A stretch of 64,000 nucleotides of DNA from Candidatus Magasanikiibacteriota bacterium (GTDB lineage Bacteria > Patescibacteriota > Patescibacteriia > Magasanikbacterales > UBA922): assembly GCA_014729395.1 (NCBI GenBank), contig WJJZ01000010.1, positions 220,544 to 284,543 on the forward strand. Direction: 5' to 3'. The notes beneath the pieces were generated by a model. The model did not search any database and was not told the origin of the DNA. It saw nothing but the letters and a program-made list of their open reading frames with translations. Below, piece after piece: positions 9,273-18,845 of this stretch. Positions within the stretch are counted from its first letter, which is position 1; each line of letters begins with the position of its first letter. A program made the position numbers and the translations under genes.

Positions 9273-10643
9273 TTATGATGTTATTATAGCTTCAATCTCT
9301 TCTTTTTTTTGTCGCATGACATCCGCCTCTTTGGCCTCCAAATTTAATCTCAGCACCGGTTCTGTGTTTGATTTTCTCACACTAAACCAACCCCAATCAA
9401 ACTTTATATAAAGTCCGTCAAGATGGGAAATTTCCTGAGCCTCGCTTTTGTAAGTTTCCTCCAATTTTGCAATCACCCCATCTTTATCCTCAACTTTAAA
9501 ATTAATCTCTCCGGAATGATAATACTTTTTTAATGGCTCAACCATTGTGCTTAAAGTTTTACCTTCACGTGAAAGCATTTGTAAAACCAAAAGTAAAGAC
9601 AGGTCACTGGATTCCAAATTATACAAATCACCATAGTACAAGTGCTGTGAAAGCTCGCTGGCAAAAATAGCTTTATTTTCCTTCATCAATTTTTTAATCA
9701 AAGCATGACCTACCATACACATCTCCGGTTCACCACCGTTCTCTTTCCAGACTTCCGGAATAACCATACTTGATCTTAAATCATAATACATTTTGCCGGA
9801 TCCTTTTTTCTTTAAAATTTCCAATCCCACCAAGGCACCAACAAAAGAAGCCCCGACTACCTCCCCGTTTTCATCCACCAAGCCAATCCTATCGGCGTCA
9901 CCATCCAGGGCGAAACCAAAATCAGCCCCAAACTCTTTTACCTTGTTCTGCAAATCGCGCAGTGTTTCAAGCTTTAGGGGGTTGGCCTCGTGATTGGGAA
10001 AACCGCCGTCCGGTTCCATGTATAAATATTCAACCTCAATCGGTAATTTTTCAATAACCTTGGGCAACACCACCCCGCCCATCCCGTTTCCACCATCCAC
10101 AACCAACTTCATTGGCTTTATCTCTTCCTTATCCACTAAAGAAAATATTTTTTCAATATAATCAGACAGTACATCTTTTTTCATAAGCTGTCCTTTATAA
10201 TCTGACTCATCAAACTCTCCCTTCTGCACCATATCTTTTATATCATCCATACCGGTAGCTCCTCCAAGAGGCAAACCATCTTCAAAAGTAATTTTAAAGC
10301 CATTATATTCAGCCGGATTATGACTGGCCGTGACCATGATTCCGCCGGCATGTTCTTTGTAATGGGCTGACGCAAAATTAAAAACAGGCGTTGATACCAA
10401 ACCCACATCCACCACATCCACACCTTCATCATTGATGCCTCTAATCAATTCTCTTTGAAATCCCAAACTAGAATCCCGCATGTCACGACCGACCACAATT
10501 TGTCTACCGTTGAAATCAAAATCTTTGTTTTTCAAAAAAATAACAAATGACCTGCCCAACCTATAAGCTAATTCCACCGACAATTCTCCTTCTACCAAGC
10601 CCCTTATATCATAGGCCTTAAAAATATGATCTGGAAATTCCAT
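9273..10643 (-). CDS. Phosphomannomutase/phosphoglucomutase
   Basis: FKAYDIRG, TASHNP phosphoserine loop, DGDADR metal loop, RKSNTEP. Confidence 0.95.
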   Translation of the reverse strand: MEFPDHIFKAYDIRGLVEGELSVELAYRLGRSFVIFLKNKDFDFNGRQIVVGRDMRDSSLGFQRELIRGINDEGVDVVDVGLVSTPVFNFASAHYKEHAGGIMVTASHNPAEYNGFKITFEDGLPLGGATGMDDIKDMVQKGEFDESDYKGQLMKKDVLSDYIEKIFSLVDKEEIKPMKLVVDGGNGMGGVVLPKVIEKLPIEVEYLYMEPDGGFPNHEANPLKLETLRDLQNKVKEFGADFGFALDGDADRIGLVDENGEVVGASFVGALVGLEILKKKGSGKMYYDLRSSMVIPEVWKENGGEPEMCMVGHALIKKLMKENKAIFASELSQHLYYGDLYNLESSDLSLLLVLQMLSREGKTLSTMVEPLKKYYHSGEINFKVEDKDGVIAKLEETYKSEAQEISHLDGLYIKFDWGWFSVRKSNTEPVLRLNLEAKEADVMRQKKEEIEAIITS

Positions 10644-10785
10644 AAATAATAATTAACAATTAACAATGAACAACTAACAAATTTATTATCGTATACCGGA
10701 AAGCAATAAATTCTTTCGAAAAAATGAAGGTCTTCACGACAAGATTTGTTAATTGCTAATTGTTAGTTGTAAATTGAAAAATACT

Positions 10786-10815
10786 TTGACAAAAGCGACT
10801 TTTACAGTATATAAT
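10786..10815 (+). promoter_or_regulatory. Putative sigma70 promoter for clpC
   Basis: TTGACA (10786-10791), 18-nt spacer, TATAAT (10810-10815). Confidence 0.6.
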
Positions 10816-10991
10816 ATCCCTATATTTTAGACAAATATACAAAAAAAATTGAATCATAGATTCATAGCGAATTTTGGTATTTTAAAAAATGATATATTAA
10901 AAAAAATTGAATTTATAATTTAATATTACACGAAAGTTGATTAAGCGTTTATCTAGATTGCAAATTCTAGATTCTAAATTACTAAACTATT

Positions 10992-13544
10992 ATGAACCCG
11001 GAGCAATTTCTTGAAAGATTTTCAACACATCTAAAAAATACAATAGCCCGAGCTATCTCAATAGCGGTGTCCATGCAACATACTGAAGTTTCATCTACTC
11101 ATCTTATTTTAGCAATAATTGAAGAAGATGGTTCAGTTGGCGCCGAAATCATTCAGAAATCCGAACCAAAAAAGAAAAAAATTGCTTCTTTCTTACAAAA
11201 CAATCAATCTTTGAAAAATGAAAAAAAGAAAAAAAATTTAAACTCCCAAATCCCTGAACTGGATGATAATGCAAAACAATCCCTGGAAAGAGCCATGTTA
11301 ATCGCCTACAAACTAAAACATAACTATATCGGAACAGAACATTTACTATCTGGATTACTAAATAGTGATGATAAAAATATAAAGCAAATTTTTTCAAAAA
11401 AATATTTAGATAAGAAAGAATTGGAAAGGCAAATCAATACCGCACTTGAAAGTATCAGTAAATTTCCAAAAATTGAAGATGTGGGAGCCGTGATGGATCA
11501 GATACAAGGTATGCCTGATGAAACACCACTTGGAGCTAACCCGATTCAAGGACCCGGTATACCGATGATGCCGATTCCACAGTTGAATAAAAAAAAGACT
11601 GACATTACAAGTTATTATACAACCAACCTAACCAGTACGAAAATACAAAAAAATATTGACCCTGTAGTCGGTCGTGAAAAAGAAATTGAAAGAATAATAA
11701 ACATTTTGGCCAGACGTACAAAAAATAATCCGGTTTTGATCGGAGAACCCGGGGTTGGAAAAACCGCTATTATAGAGGGCTTGGCAAAAAACATACTTAA
11801 AAAAGAAACACCGCAATATCTGCACAAAAAAAAGATCCTATCCCTTGATCTCACTCTTTTAATTTCCGGAACAATATATCGAGGTGAATTTGAATCAAGA
11901 CTAAAACAAATTATAGATACAGTCAGTTCCAATGAAGATATAATCCTGTTTATTGACGAAATTCATAATATAATCGGAACCGGTACCAACCAGGGTACAA
12001 TGGACGCAGCCAACATCTTAAAACCGGCGCTGGCCAGAGGTAATTTGCGTTGCATCGGAGCAACAACAATCGACGAGTACAAAAAATATATCCACTCGGA
12101 CCCGGCTCTGGAAAGACGTTTTCAAGAAATCTTAATCGACGAAACTTCACAAGACGAAACTTTTTCCATAATAAAAGGTATAAAAGATAATTATGAAAAA
12201 TATCATAATACACAAATTACAAATAGCGCAATCCGGGCAGCGGTTGAGATGAGTAGTAAATATATTCATGATAATTTCTTGCCGGATAAAGCAATAGATC
12301 TGATTGACGAGGCATCAGCTTCTGTAAATATAAAAAGAAAAATCAATAGTGCCGAAAAAAAATTTAATGACCTGACGCAAGAGCTTGATGAAATAAAAAA
12401 ACATAAAAATAAAGCCATAACTGAAGAAAAATATTCGACCGCTAAAAAATTAAAGCAGAAAGAAGCGGAAATCAATAAAAAAATTGAAAAAGCAAGACAA
12501 GAAAACACCAAAAAACAAAGTAGAAAAAGAGTAACCGAAAAAGATGTGGCAAACGTGTTATCAAATCGCTTAAAAATAGACAAAAAAATTCTATTATCCA
12601 ATGAATGGGAACAACTAAATAATCTCAAAAAAAGGATGACTGCCAATATTTTTGGCCAAGATGATATTATGGAAAGCATTGTAAAAACCCTGCAAAAATC
12701 ACATTTACGCTCAAAAAAGCATACAGGTGCTTTTGCTTCCATGATCTTTGTAGGACCAAGCGGAGTGGGAAAAACAGAAACCGCAAAAATTCTCGCCCGC
12801 GAACTTTTTCACGATAAAGACGCCCTAATAAAGCTGGATATGAGTGAATTTTCAGAATCACACGGCATATCCAAACTACTGGGCTCACCTGCCGGTTATG
12901 TTGGTTACAATGACCGAAATTTATTTTTGGAAAAAATAACCAAAAAACCTTATTCTGTTGTTTTATTTGATGAGTTTGATAAGGCCCACGCCAGCATTAG
13001 AAGACTTCTTTTGCAAATACTCGACGATGGCTACCTCACAGACAGTATTGGCAAGAAAATTAGTTTTAATCATGCTATAATAATAATTACTACAAATATT
13101 GCTTCCGAGTTATTCAAATCAAGCGGAATCGGTTTTGAAAATATACATAATTTTGCCAACGAAAGAAATCAAATACTTAAATCAAAACTGAAAGAAAAGT
13201 TTGGTACAGAATTAATTGATAGGATGGAAAATATTCATATCTTCAATCCACTCACCAGAAAAGATTTAAAAAAAATCGTGACCAAAAAACTAGATGAGAC
13301 TATTCAAAATGTAGAAAAATCACAAGCTTTAAATATTGTCAGCGAAGATAAAATAATAGATCATCTGATCGGTAATATTTTTTCAGAAAAGCAAGGTGCC
13401 AGACAGATAAAAAAAACTGTAGAAGATATTATTCACAAACTTATAGTTGATTTTTTGAGTAATCGGAAGAATGATGCTAAAAAAAATCCAGATCTTAAGC
13501 TAAAAATTGTTAATGATAAAATCAAATTCATAGAAAATAGATAA
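10992..13544 (+). CDS. clpC: ATP-dependent Clp protease ATP-binding subunit (ClpC-like)
   Basis: Two Clp-N repeats, NBD1 GEPGVGKT/IDEIH, short UVR-type middle coil, NBD2 GPSGVGKT/GSPAGYVG, IGF loop. Confidence 0.9.
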   Translation: MNPEQFLERFSTHLKNTIARAISIAVSMQHTEVSSTHLILAIIEEDGSVGAEIIQKSEPKKKKIASFLQNNQSLKNEKKKKNLNSQIPELDDNAKQSLERAMLIAYKLKHNYIGTEHLLSGLLNSDDKNIKQIFSKKYLDKKELERQINTALESISKFPKIEDVGAVMDQIQGMPDETPLGANPIQGPGIPMMPIPQLNKKKTDITSYYTTNLTSTKIQKNIDPVVGREKEIERIINILARRTKNNPVLIGEPGVGKTAIIEGLAKNILKKETPQYLHKKKILSLDLTLLISGTIYRGEFESRLKQIIDTVSSNEDIILFIDEIHNIIGTGTNQGTMDAANILKPALARGNLRCIGATTIDEYKKYIHSDPALERRFQEILIDETSQDETFSIIKGIKDNYEKYHNTQITNSAIRAAVEMSSKYIHDNFLPDKAIDLIDEASASVNIKRKINSAEKKFNDLTQELDEIKKHKNKAITEEKYSTAKKLKQKEAEINKKIEKARQENTKKQSRKRVTEKDVANVLSNRLKIDKKILLSNEWEQLNNLKKRMTANIFGQDDIMESIVKTLQKSHLRSKKHTGAFASMIFVGPSGVGKTETAKILARELFHDKDALIKLDMSEFSESHGISKLLGSPAGYVGYNDRNLFLEKITKKPYSVVLFDEFDKAHASIRRLLLQILDDGYLTDSIGKKISFNHAIIIITTNIASELFKSSGIGFENIHNFANERNQILKSKLKEKFGTELIDRMENIHIFNPLTRKDLKKIVTKKLDETIQNVEKSQALNIVSEDKIIDHLIGNIFSEKQGARQIKKTVEDIIHKLIVDFLSNRKNDAKKNPDLKLKIVNDKIKFIENR

Positions 13545-13573
13545 TTTTTGCGAATATAAATTAATTATAAATT

Positions 13574-14665
13574 ATGGCAGAAACCAAGGATGATAAAATT
13601 GCCGTTGACTTGAAAAAGGCTCTAAGAAAAGATTCCTTGCTTGAAAATGCCAGTGAAGAAGATCTGAAAAAAATAAGCAATGAAATAGGAGAAATAATAA
13701 ATGAAAACGAAAGCATACAAAATAATGGCATTGATCCCGACGAAATTGCCTCACCCTCGCCTGCTTATGTTGCGCCGGAAAAACCGATTTCAAGACCGAC
13801 AACACAAAAAAAACCTGCCGTACCAGAGGAAGAACTTCCAAAAAATAATCAAAATTTGGAAAATGAAAATATTACAGAAAAATCGCCTACACAAAAACCG
13901 ATACCGGAAAAAGATCAAAAACCTTTGAGAGAAAATATTAGCAACCAACCCGGTGAACTTAGCAATCCTGCCGATGCTGAAGAATCAGTACAAGAGAGTG
14001 AAGACTATGAACCTTTTTCAGAAGAACCCTTTCAGGGAGATAGCACGGCAGCCGGACAAACCGCAGAAAAAGACACCGGTACACAGCCAGATAAAAAATC
14101 TGAAACGCAAGCCGATCCTGAATCCAAAGAGCAAACTCAAGCAGCCGGGTTAAAAAGCCAGAGACAAAGATCAAGATATTTAAACAAACTACAAGATAAA
14201 AAAGATAAAGTAAAAACCAAACAGAAAGAAGAACCCAAGGCCGGAACGATCAACGGTTTCTATAGTTATTTGTTAATTTTTTTTATAAGGGATGTTTTAT
14301 TGATTATACTTTGCTTCATCCCGATTGTAGGAGCGGTTGTGGCAATGCTTACCGTACACCCCTTAGATATACTGGTAATTATCTTTTTCTTAAAAAGCCA
14401 AGATAAGGCCAGTTTTTATCCTTTTCTGGCAAAAATAGTGGCCAGCGGATCAATTTACACGCTTATTTTCTTTTTAGTTTCTCATTCTCTATTTTTAATC
14501 TATTTGGCAGTTTTATATAAAGTAGAAGGGCTTAAAGCAAAAGTTACCGGAAAAAAAACAGTGGCAAAAAAACTTCTTGGCTCAAAGGAAGATAGGAAAA
14601 AAAATTCTATTGCCAATAAAATGGCCGCAGCCAATGCCGGCGGAGGAGCCAAACCGAACGCATAA
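13574..14665 (+). CDS. Hypothetical protein: long low-complexity E/P/Q-rich N-terminus and C-terminal TM bundle
   Basis: 363-aa ORF; about 220 disordered-looking residues followed by 3-4 hydrophobic segments. Confidence 0.75.
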   Translation: MAETKDDKIAVDLKKALRKDSLLENASEEDLKKISNEIGEIINENESIQNNGIDPDEIASPSPAYVAPEKPISRPTTQKKPAVPEEELPKNNQNLENENITEKSPTQKPIPEKDQKPLRENISNQPGELSNPADAEESVQESEDYEPFSEEPFQGDSTAAGQTAEKDTGTQPDKKSETQADPESKEQTQAAGLKSQRQRSRYLNKLQDKKDKVKTKQKEEPKAGTINGFYSYLLIFFIRDVLLIILCFIPIVGAVVAMLTVHPLDILVIIFFLKSQDKASFYPFLAKIVASGSIYTLIFFLVSHSLFLIYLAVLYKVEGLKAKVTGKKTVAKKLLGSKEDRKKNSIANKMAAANAGGGAKPNA

Positions 14666-14682
14666 TATACTAATAATAAATT

Positions 14683-15903
14683 ATGGATAAAAAAAAGTTG
14701 GGACTTATAATCATTTTTATAATCATTACCCTAATCCTTGGTTACACAATGTACAGATTATTTTTTTATAGAGCTGCACAACCCCAACCCGAAGAACCGG
14801 GAGTAGAATTACCCGGGGGTCCGGGTTTCCCACAGGCAGGAGAGGGTGAAGTAACAGGACCGGGAGCGGAAGAACCCGGAGGATTACCTACCGCGGGTGT
14901 GATTCCGGAAATTGAAGGCCCTTCCATACCCGAAGAAGAACCGACTGTCTCGAGAGTAATTGACAGCATCATCGACAACTCCAGCGCCGGAACAGATGGA
15001 AATGTGAATTTTTACAGCAGACAAGATGGTAAGTTTTATCGATATGATACGGAAACAGGCATCGAAGAATTAAGTGACCAGGTTTTTTATAACGTCTCAA
15101 ATGTTACCTGGTCTCCGACCAAAAATGAAGGAATAATTGAATATCCGGACGGGTCAAATATTTATTATAATTTTGATACAAAAAAACAAGTGACACTACC
15201 AAAACACTGGCAAGAATTTGATTTTTCCGAAAACGGAAATCAAATAGTAAGCAAGAGTATGGGATTATCCCCGGAGAACAGATGGCTGATAACATCTGAT
15301 CCGGAAGGCAACGGTGTAAGAACAATAGAGCCACTTGGTGAAAATGCCAGTGAGGTAATTGTTGACTGGTCCCCAAACAGACAAGTTGTGGCGTTATCAA
15401 CTACCGGAGAGCCACTTGGTGGTTATCGCCAAGAAGTTTTATTTGTTGGTCTGAATGGTGAAAATTTTCCTTCAACCATAGTTGAAGGACAAGGTTTACA
15501 AACCGAATGGTCAAAAGACGGAAGTAAATTATTATATAGTGTTTACAGCCCCAGAAGCGAATACAAACCCGAATTGTGGGTGGTAAATGCACAGGGAAAT
15601 GATATAGGCACCGGTAGGCAATCACTAAATCTAAACACCTGGGCAGAAAAATGCACTTTCCAGGATGATAGATTTGTTTACTGCGGAGTACCAACCGAAC
15701 TGCCGGTCGGCTCCGGATTTAATGCCGATTCGGTTGATAATGTAAATGATTATCTATATAAAATCGACACTCAAACCGGCCTGAGAACGCAAATTGAATT
15801 GGAAGGATATCATGTAATTGATGATATTTTTATGAGTAAAGATGGAAGCCAATTATTTTTCACAGACAAAACAACTGACGGTTTGTTCTCGGTTGATATA
15901 TAA
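14683..15903 (+). CDS. Membrane-anchored beta-propeller (TolB/WD40-like) protein
   Basis: N-terminal TM, P/G/E linker, repeated WSP/WSKDG/FSENG blade motifs. Confidence 0.75.
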   Translation: MDKKKLGLIIIFIIITLILGYTMYRLFFYRAAQPQPEEPGVELPGGPGFPQAGEGEVTGPGAEEPGGLPTAGVIPEIEGPSIPEEEPTVSRVIDSIIDNSSAGTDGNVNFYSRQDGKFYRYDTETGIEELSDQVFYNVSNVTWSPTKNEGIIEYPDGSNIYYNFDTKKQVTLPKHWQEFDFSENGNQIVSKSMGLSPENRWLITSDPEGNGVRTIEPLGENASEVIVDWSPNRQVVALSTTGEPLGGYRQEVLFVGLNGENFPSTIVEGQGLQTEWSKDGSKLLYSVYSPRSEYKPELWVVNAQGNDIGTGRQSLNLNTWAEKCTFQDDRFVYCGVPTELPVGSGFNADSVDNVNDYLYKIDTQTGLRTQIELEGYHVIDDIFMSKDGSQLFFTDKTTDGLFSVDI

Positions 15904-15921
15904 ACTCCATATCCTAAAAAT

Positions 15922-16560
15922 ATGCCAAGCACAAAGAAATTACTAATTATTTTTATCCCAGCTATTTTTGTGTCCGCTTTTGCCTTATTTATTAGAGTCA
16001 TGCAGTACTCATCAATAACAAATTCATCAGGTCAAGATGAAATTCAAAGTCAATCACTCTTACCTATCCACCCCGAGGATCCCATTATTGGACACAAAAA
16101 ATCCCCGATTACAATAATAGTTTTTGGAGACTTTGCCTGCGAGGCTTGTCGTGTGCAAGATAATATTTTAGAAAAACTAATAAAAAAATATCCTGAAAAA
16201 ATTAAAGTCATATGGAAGGGACTTCCTGTGGCCAGATTTCCTTATAAAAGCGAACCCGCACACAGATATGCTTACTGTGCCAATAAACAAGAAAAGTTTG
16301 ATCAATTTGCTAAATTAGCTTTTACAAATTCGGACAATTTATCACCAACCGCAATTGGCAGAATTGTTCAAGAAATAAAAATCAATCAAGAAGAAATGCT
16401 AAACTGTTTGAACAATGATGAAGTTGATCAATATATAGTCTTTAACAAACAATTAGCCACCTCTTTGGGAATTCAAGCGGTACCGGCAATATTTATCAAT
16501 GACAAACAAATAAAAACACCGAACAGTCTCGATGAATGGGAATCTATACTTCAACTATAA
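15922..16560 (+). CDS. DsbA/BdbD-like thiol-disulfide oxidoreductase
   Basis: N-terminal TM, DFACEAC CxxC motif, GIQAVPAIFIN cis-Pro motif. Confidence 0.9.
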   Translation: MPSTKKLLIIFIPAIFVSAFALFIRVMQYSSITNSSGQDEIQSQSLLPIHPEDPIIGHKKSPITIIVFGDFACEACRVQDNILEKLIKKYPEKIKVIWKGLPVARFPYKSEPAHRYAYCANKQEKFDQFAKLAFTNSDNLSPTAIGRIVQEIKINQEEMLNCLNNDEVDQYIVFNKQLATSLGIQAVPAIFINDKQIKTPNSLDEWESILQL

Positions 16561-16561
16561 T

Positions 16562-18319
16562 ATGAAAAAAATAATATTTAAATCGGTATTTATTTTTGTT
16601 AGTTTTTTTATTTTTGCTTTGCTCAACCTTACACCGGTATTGGCCCAAAACGATATAGAAGATTTACAGGAAAATATCCGAGTCCCGGAAACGCAAATTA
16701 ACATACCCGGTTTGGAATTCAGTGATGCAGATTTAGAAGAATTACAAACTAAAGATATAGGTCCGTTTGGTAGATTGAATACTTATTATTATTTTCCCTA
16801 TTTCGGTGAATACTTGGCTGCTGTATATAAATATACCATTGGGGCAATCGCTATTATAGCTGTAATTGTCTTAATTATTTCCGGACTGCAATGGGCATCT
16901 TCCGCCGGCAATGATGAAATGATAAATTCAGCAAAAAAGAGAATTATTGGGGCGGTTATGGGATTAGTGATAGCGGTATCTTCTTATACGATTTTATATA
17001 TTATTAACCCCGATTTAGTCCAATTTAACAATATAAAGGTTTTAACCGTTGTCGGTGAAGATGTAGATCTGGAAAACGCTGTTTATGATGGCAAACAGGT
17101 GGCTAGCGAATTTATCACATATAATGCCGATCCCAGCCGAGCTCTTTCGGACAGTCAGTATGATGAAATTTTTAAATCTTTTGCCAATTGTATTGATGCG
17201 GACTGGCGTTTACTAAAAGTAATGGCTTATAAAGAATCCCGATTGCGTAAAGATATAAAAAATAAAGAAGGTTTTATTGGACTGTTTCAAACTAAACCTA
17301 ATTTTTGTAGAAGTGCTCTAAGAAATTACCCACAGTGGGCGGGAAAATGCAATGACTTAACGGATCCGTATGTGAACACCGCGGTTGGTGCCATGATGCT
17401 TAAAACCGGTTTAGCTAAACTAAATAAATGCCCTTCATTAAGTACTGTTGATCAAGGTATTTTAATTTATTTAAATCACAACAGTGGAGGCGGGGCCGTT
17501 AATTGGATGATTAAAAACGGTGCTTGCGGCGGAGGCAATTTGATTGAAGAAACAATAATCGCTTTTTGGGATCAGCACAAAAATGGTAGATACAAAGGAC
17601 AAGAGAAAGGTCAAAAAAGATATAAATTTGCTGTTGGTGTATCTAAACTTTTTTTAGATCAAGGGGTTACAAATTTTAAAGACACCTCGCAAAATGGTGA
17701 TTTTAGATGCCCTTTAACCGAATACACATCTGACGTGGCCAGTAGCTTAAAAAATGTTTCTATAAATTGTGACGACGCTTTTAACGGACGCAAAGTATTA
17801 GCAATTGGTGACTCAAATATTGCTAACAGCAGCTCTTTTGTAGAAAAAATGGATACCGCTTGTCCAAATGTAGAGTTTGAGAAAAAGGCTTATAGTGGAG
17901 AAGATGCCGGCGATTTATGGAAAAAAATTGAAGATGGAACAATTGACTTAAGCAACTATAATGATGTTATAATTTGGATCGGTGTAAATGACCTAGATAA
18001 TGCAACTCGAGACTTGGAAAAAATATACAGAGAAGCCAGAGATAAAAATTTACGTGTTATAGCCATAACCCTAACCCCATGGAAAGACTATGGATCCTGG
18101 ACAGAACAGCGTCAACTAAAAACCGACGAAATTAATACTTGGATTAAAAACGATGGTGGCGGTTTCTTATCCGGACAAAAAATAATTGATGCATATTACT
18201 TATTGGAGGATCCAAAAAACCCTGACTACTTAAATCCTCTATACCAACGTGACCTGATTCATATTAATAATGCGGGGCACGAACTTTTGGCCAAGCTAAT
18301 CGCCGTAAAGGCATTTTGA
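16562..18319 (+). CDS. VirB2/TrbC-like (CPR T4SS) pilin fused to a lytic transglycosylase-like domain and an SGNH hydrolase
   Basis: Signal peptide (..VLA-Q); pilin hairpin GLQWASSAGN..AKKRI..GL..Y.IL..INP; SLT motifs KES, GLFQ, DPYVN, HNSG; SGNH blocks GDS, G, GVND, DLIH. Confidence 0.8.
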   Translation: MKKIIFKSVFIFVSFFIFALLNLTPVLAQNDIEDLQENIRVPETQINIPGLEFSDADLEELQTKDIGPFGRLNTYYYFPYFGEYLAAVYKYTIGAIAIIAVIVLIISGLQWASSAGNDEMINSAKKRIIGAVMGLVIAVSSYTILYIINPDLVQFNNIKVLTVVGEDVDLENAVYDGKQVASEFITYNADPSRALSDSQYDEIFKSFANCIDADWRLLKVMAYKESRLRKDIKNKEGFIGLFQTKPNFCRSALRNYPQWAGKCNDLTDPYVNTAVGAMMLKTGLAKLNKCPSLSTVDQGILIYLNHNSGGGAVNWMIKNGACGGGNLIEETIIAFWDQHKNGRYKGQEKGQKRYKFAVGVSKLFLDQGVTNFKDTSQNGDFRCPLTEYTSDVASSLKNVSINCDDAFNGRKVLAIGDSNIANSSSFVEKMDTACPNVEFEKKAYSGEDAGDLWKKIEDGTIDLSNYNDVIIWIGVNDLDNATRDLEKIYREARDKNLRVIAITLTPWKDYGSWTEQRQLKTDEINTWIKNDGGGFLSGQKIIDAYYLLEDPKNPDYLNPLYQRDLIHINNAGHELLAKLIAVKAF

Positions 18320-18845
18320 TAAACATAAAATGATTTCTGAAAATAAAATAATAATTTTGCTTAAAAAAAAGAATTTTTTTTTATTCTTATCGATCATTTT
18401 TATATTGCTATTGTTTCCAGCGACAAGCTTTGCACAAGCCGACACCGATAAGTTGCAGGAGAATATTCGTGCCCCGGAACCGACTGTGAATATACCGGGG
18501 CTGGAATTCAGTGATGCTGATTTGGAAGAATTACAAACTCAAGATGTCGGTCCTTTTGGGAAACTGAATACTTATTATTATTTCCCGTATTTAGGTGAAT
18601 ATCTAGCTGCTGTTTACCGGTATGCTGTAGGGGCAGCGGCTATAATAGCTGTAATTATCTTAATAATATCCGGTTTGCAGTGGGCATCTTCGGCTGGTAA
18701 TGATGATACAATAAATTCGGCTAAAAAAAGAATAATTGGTGCTGTGATAGGTCTAATAATCTCAGTTGGTTCATACTCAATTCTTTATATAATTAATCCA
18801 AACCTGGTTGAATTTAAAAATTTAAAAGTGTTGAAAGTAGAAGGA
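16667..18845 (+). repeat. Duplicated ~390-bp pilin-coding module (16667-17056 and 18456-18845)
   Basis: The two ~130-aa segments align without gaps with 26 differences by hand count (~80% identity). Confidence 0.9.

Noticed and set aside
9561-9576. parS-like palindrome (CTTCACGTGAAAG) inside the phosphomannomutase gene
   Set aside because: Only the central 11 of 16 positions match TGTTTCACGTGAAACA; it lies in coding sequence and is likely chance.
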